DNA from: Candidatus Babeliales bacterium
GTDB lineage: Bacteria > Babelota > Babeliae > Babelales > JANWKD01
Length of the DNA stretch: 64,000 nucleotides
Direction: 5' to 3'
NCBI GenBank assembly: GCA_963722255.1
Contig: CAVRJO010000002.1
Span: forward strand, 576,001-640,000
Shown here one piece after another: positions 61,256 through 64,000 of the stretch; within the stretch, counting starts at the first letter, position 1, and each line of letters starts with the position of its first letter. The notes below the pieces were generated by a model. That model had not been told where the DNA came from. It made no database searches and saw only the letters and a program-made list of their open reading frames with translations. The position numbers and the translations under genes were made by a program.

Positions 61256-62602
61256 ATGTCTCAAACAACCTATGAAATAAAAGGCTGGCAAACTACTAAC
61301 TCAAATAAAAGCCTTGAAGAAGTACATAGAACTATAAACGTAAAAAGCAAAGGTACATTTTTCAAAAAAATGCTTGCTTTTTCGGGACCCGGTTATCTAG
61401 TTGCTGTTGGTTATATGGATCCGGGAAATTGGGCAACAGATTTAGCAGGTGGATCAAAATTTGGATATACCTTATTATCGGTAATATTAGTTTCAAATAT
61501 TATGGCGATTGTACTTCAATATCTTGCGCTGAAATTAGGCATAGTTGCTGGGCGAGATTTAGCGCAAGCATGTAGAGATAATTATTCTCGACCGCTTACT
61601 ATTTTTTTATGGATAGTTGCAGAAATTGCAATAATTGCCTGCGATTTAGCTGAGGTTATTGGATCCGCACTTGGTTTACATCTTCTCTTTAATATCCCTC
61701 TTGTTATAGGCGTAATTATTACTGCTCTTGATGTATTTATTTTGTTACTTCTTCAACAAAAAAGCTTCAGATACCTTGAATCATTAGTAATTATTTTGAT
61801 TGTTACTATACTTGCTTGTTTTGGTTTTAATATTATTTTATCAAACCCTCATATTGCATCTTTATTTCATGGATTCATTCCCACATCAGAGCTCATAACC
61901 AATTCTGAAATGCTTTATATTGCTGTAGGAATCTTAGGAGCTACCGTAATGCCTCATAACTTATATCTTCATTCGGCGGTAGTACAAACACGTTCTTTCG
62001 ATAATACCCATGAAGGAAAAAAGGAGGCTATTTTTTTTAGTTCAATAGATTCAACCGTTGCTCTTTGTTTAGCTTTTTTTGTAAATGCCGGAATACTCAT
62101 TGTTGCAGCGGCAGTCTTTCACGTAAGAGGCATGCATGAAATTGCAGAAATTCAAGATGCTTATAAACTTTTAACGCCACTCCTGGGATCTACTCTAGCG
62201 AGTATTGTATTTGCGTGTGCATTATTAGCATCTGGTCAAAATGCAACAATAACGGGAACACTTGCCGGCCAAATTATAATGGAAGGATTTACTGCCTGGC
62301 GCATGAGCCCATGGTTACGTCGACTTATGAGCCGTGCATTGGCTATTCTTCCAGCCATTTTTGTGGTTTGGTTCTTTGGGCAACATGGTTTAGCACAATT
62401 ATTGTTAGTCAGCCAAGTTGTTCTTAGTTTGCAATTACCCTTTGCTGTTTTTCCTTTAGTACGATTTACGAGCCAAAAAGAAAAAATGGGTCCCTTTGTT
62501 AATAGCACCTGTATGATTTGGTTATCCTATGCAATAGCATTCACCATTGCATTACTCAATGGATGGCTACTCTACAGCACTTTTATGGCGCTTTATTTAT
62601 AA
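61256..62602 (+). CDS. mntH: Nramp divalent metal transporter
   Basis: YMDPGNW, GATVMPHNLYLHS, GTLAGQIIMEGF. Confidence 0.96.
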   Translation: MSQTTYEIKGWQTTNSNKSLEEVHRTINVKSKGTFFKKMLAFSGPGYLVAVGYMDPGNWATDLAGGSKFGYTLLSVILVSNIMAIVLQYLALKLGIVAGRDLAQACRDNYSRPLTIFLWIVAEIAIIACDLAEVIGSALGLHLLFNIPLVIGVIITALDVFILLLLQQKSFRYLESLVIILIVTILACFGFNIILSNPHIASLFHGFIPTSELITNSEMLYIAVGILGATVMPHNLYLHSAVVQTRSFDNTHEGKKEAIFFSSIDSTVALCLAFFVNAGILIVAAAVFHVRGMHEIAEIQDAYKLLTPLLGSTLASIVFACALLASGQNATITGTLAGQIIMEGFTAWRMSPWLRRLMSRALAILPAIFVVWFFGQHGLAQLLLVSQVVLSLQLPFAVFPLVRFTSQKEKMGPFVNSTCMIWLSYAIAFTIALLNGWLLYSTFMALYL

Positions 62603-62605
62603 AAA

Positions 62606-63337
62606 TTATATAGAAATCCCTAGTTGTTCCAAACGTCGTTTTAACTGACCAGAATTTTTATAATGAATTGCAATAAGTCCCGCTTTTCGTGCTGCTTTGA
62701 CATTCTTCTTTTTATCATCAATAAAAAGAATATGTTTAAATGATCTATGCGGATATTTTTTTATAATATAACGTTTGAGGTTATTAAAATATTCAAGATC
62801 GGGCTTTTCATGATATGAGCCGTCAGCTTTTTTATTACATTTTTTCGTTTTTACGAAATAATGCGTAGCTGAAAAAAGTTGTTTGGGCAAGACATTATTA
62901 TGCAAAAGCATTCCATACGTACCTTTGGACATATTAGATGCCGCTACGAAAGCAAAACCTTGTTTTGCAACTCCCTGCAACAATGAGACTGTTTTCTTTT
63001 TTGGATGCGCAGTCCCAATAATCTTTTTAAATTCATCAGCTTTCTTTGAAAATTTTGGATAAAGCTCTTTTATTTTTTGAATAATATGCATAGGGTCATA
63101 TAGCTTGTGTTTTTTTCTCACCTTTTTGACCGTTAAAGCAAAACTCCATCGTGAAGGAACCATCAACCATTGCGTATAATTTTGTTCTCTACCTGAAATA
63201 ACGACTTCATCAATATCACATGCAATTATGGTTGTTGAAGGATCTATGGAAAAATGTTGCGATTCTTTTGTGTTAATTCCAAGCGTAGCAAGAAAAAACC
63301 AAAAATAAGCAATTAAATAAAAAACTATTCTATTCAT
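62606..63337 (-). CDS. HAD-superfamily hydrolase with signal-like N-terminus
   Basis: CDIDEV, ASN, EKP, FIDDKKKNV.AA. Confidence 0.82.
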   Translation of the reverse strand: MNRIVFYLIAYFWFFLATLGINTKESQHFSIDPSTTIIACDIDEVVISGREQNYTQWLMVPSRWSFALTVKKVRKKHKLYDPMHIIQKIKELYPKFSKKADEFKKIIGTAHPKKKTVSLLQGVAKQGFAFVAASNMSKGTYGMLLHNNVLPKQLFSATHYFVKTKKCNKKADGSYHEKPDLEYFNNLKRYIIKKYPHRSFKHILFIDDKKKNVKAARKAGLIAIHYKNSGQLKRRLEQLGISI

Positions 63338-63538
63338 AAAACCTCCTTTGAAACTAATAATAACCTCATAGAAAACTCTACTTTTTTATTAAAAAATTGT
63401 CAAATGGGATACTATTTTCATGAGTTTATTACTGTATAAACCCTAATTATAGCGCCAATCCTATATTTTATTTACTAATTGAATTAATTTGGTTTATACT
63501 AAGAATAGCTATCTTAGTTTGATAATAGGAGCTTTATA

Positions 63539-64000
63539 ATGAAACATTTAAAAATTTTAGCTATTTTTTTGATAGGAATAACGCAACTATCAGCACAAAA
63601 AGTTAGACGAGCTTCTAGAAGTGCGTTTGAACGTACCGGAACCTTTCTAAGGCCAAGAAGCTTAACAGAAACAGGATTCCAAACAACTAAACCTAGAATA
63701 CAAAGCTCAACAAAACTATTTACCTGCCCCAAAATGCAAAAAAGCCCTTCTCGATCATTAACCACTGAGTCTTTTAAACCTGGTGAAAAAACCACGGAAA
63801 TACCCAAAACAAGAGGTAGCCGCGTAGTTGAATATGCACGCGCTCATCCGGGTAAAGTTGTAGGTATTGTAAGCGGAATAGGTGGCTCTGTTGTTGCAAA
63901 AAAACAATTTAAAAAATATTTAGAAAAAAGTGAAACCATATATGACATAGATAAGCTTGGATACCTCGTAGGACATTATAATCCAGATAACTTACATTAT
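63539..64000 (+). CDS. Secreted hypothetical protein, truncated by the window end
   Basis: AGGAG RBS; MKHLKILAIFLIGITQLSA; frame open to the end. Confidence 0.7.
   Translation, partial: MKHLKILAIFLIGITQLSAQKVRRASRSAFERTGTFLRPRSLTETGFQTTKPRIQSSTKLFTCPKMQKSPSRSLTTESFKPGEKTTEIPKTRGSRVVEYARAHPGKVVGIVSGIGGSVVAKKQFKKYLEKSETIYDIDKLGYLVGHYNPDNLHY

Noticed and set aside
580..62508. Numerous 60-110 aa ORFs nested in or antisense to recognised genes
   Set aside because: No RBS or motif support; expected by chance
63514..63807. Minus-strand 97-aa ORF
   Set aside because: Antisense to the better-supported plus-strand gene starting at 63539

Overview
AT-rich bacterial DNA. The gene content resembles a host-dependent Candidatus Dependentiae (TM6/Babeliae)-type genome, with many short signal-peptide hypotheticals, murG, PBP1A, dciA, tmk-holB and mntH; this taxonomic call is an inference. 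Bases ~1-16.4 kb are a decaying mobile island. It carries three RelE/HTH toxin-antitoxin pairs, three IS elements with readable inverted repeats and target duplications, a Rep-like pseudogene, HNH and GIY-YIG nucleases, and a second degenerate copy of the window's first ~0.84 kb. The rest is mostly core or accessory chromosome: cfa, a hydrolase/erythromycin-esterase/PRPP-synthetase/PRTase cluster, an atypical archaeal-type RNase HII, MNT-HEPN, an OPT-like transporter, rnpB, a P-type ATPase with archease-rtcB, and a PPP phosphatase. The most interesting signals are (i) a recurrent 'signal peptide then new Met' design in secreted proteins, some followed by mitochondrial-presequence-like segments; (ii) structured 131-bp repeats in front of a GIY-YIG nuclease; (iii) an RNase H2 lacking its ribonucleotide-recognition residues; (iv) an RNase P RNA lacking P18 that overlaps the upstream CDS; and (v) a DosR-regulon-like gene set. 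Many frameshifts fall in homopolymers, so sequencing error must be excluded for every pseudogene call.
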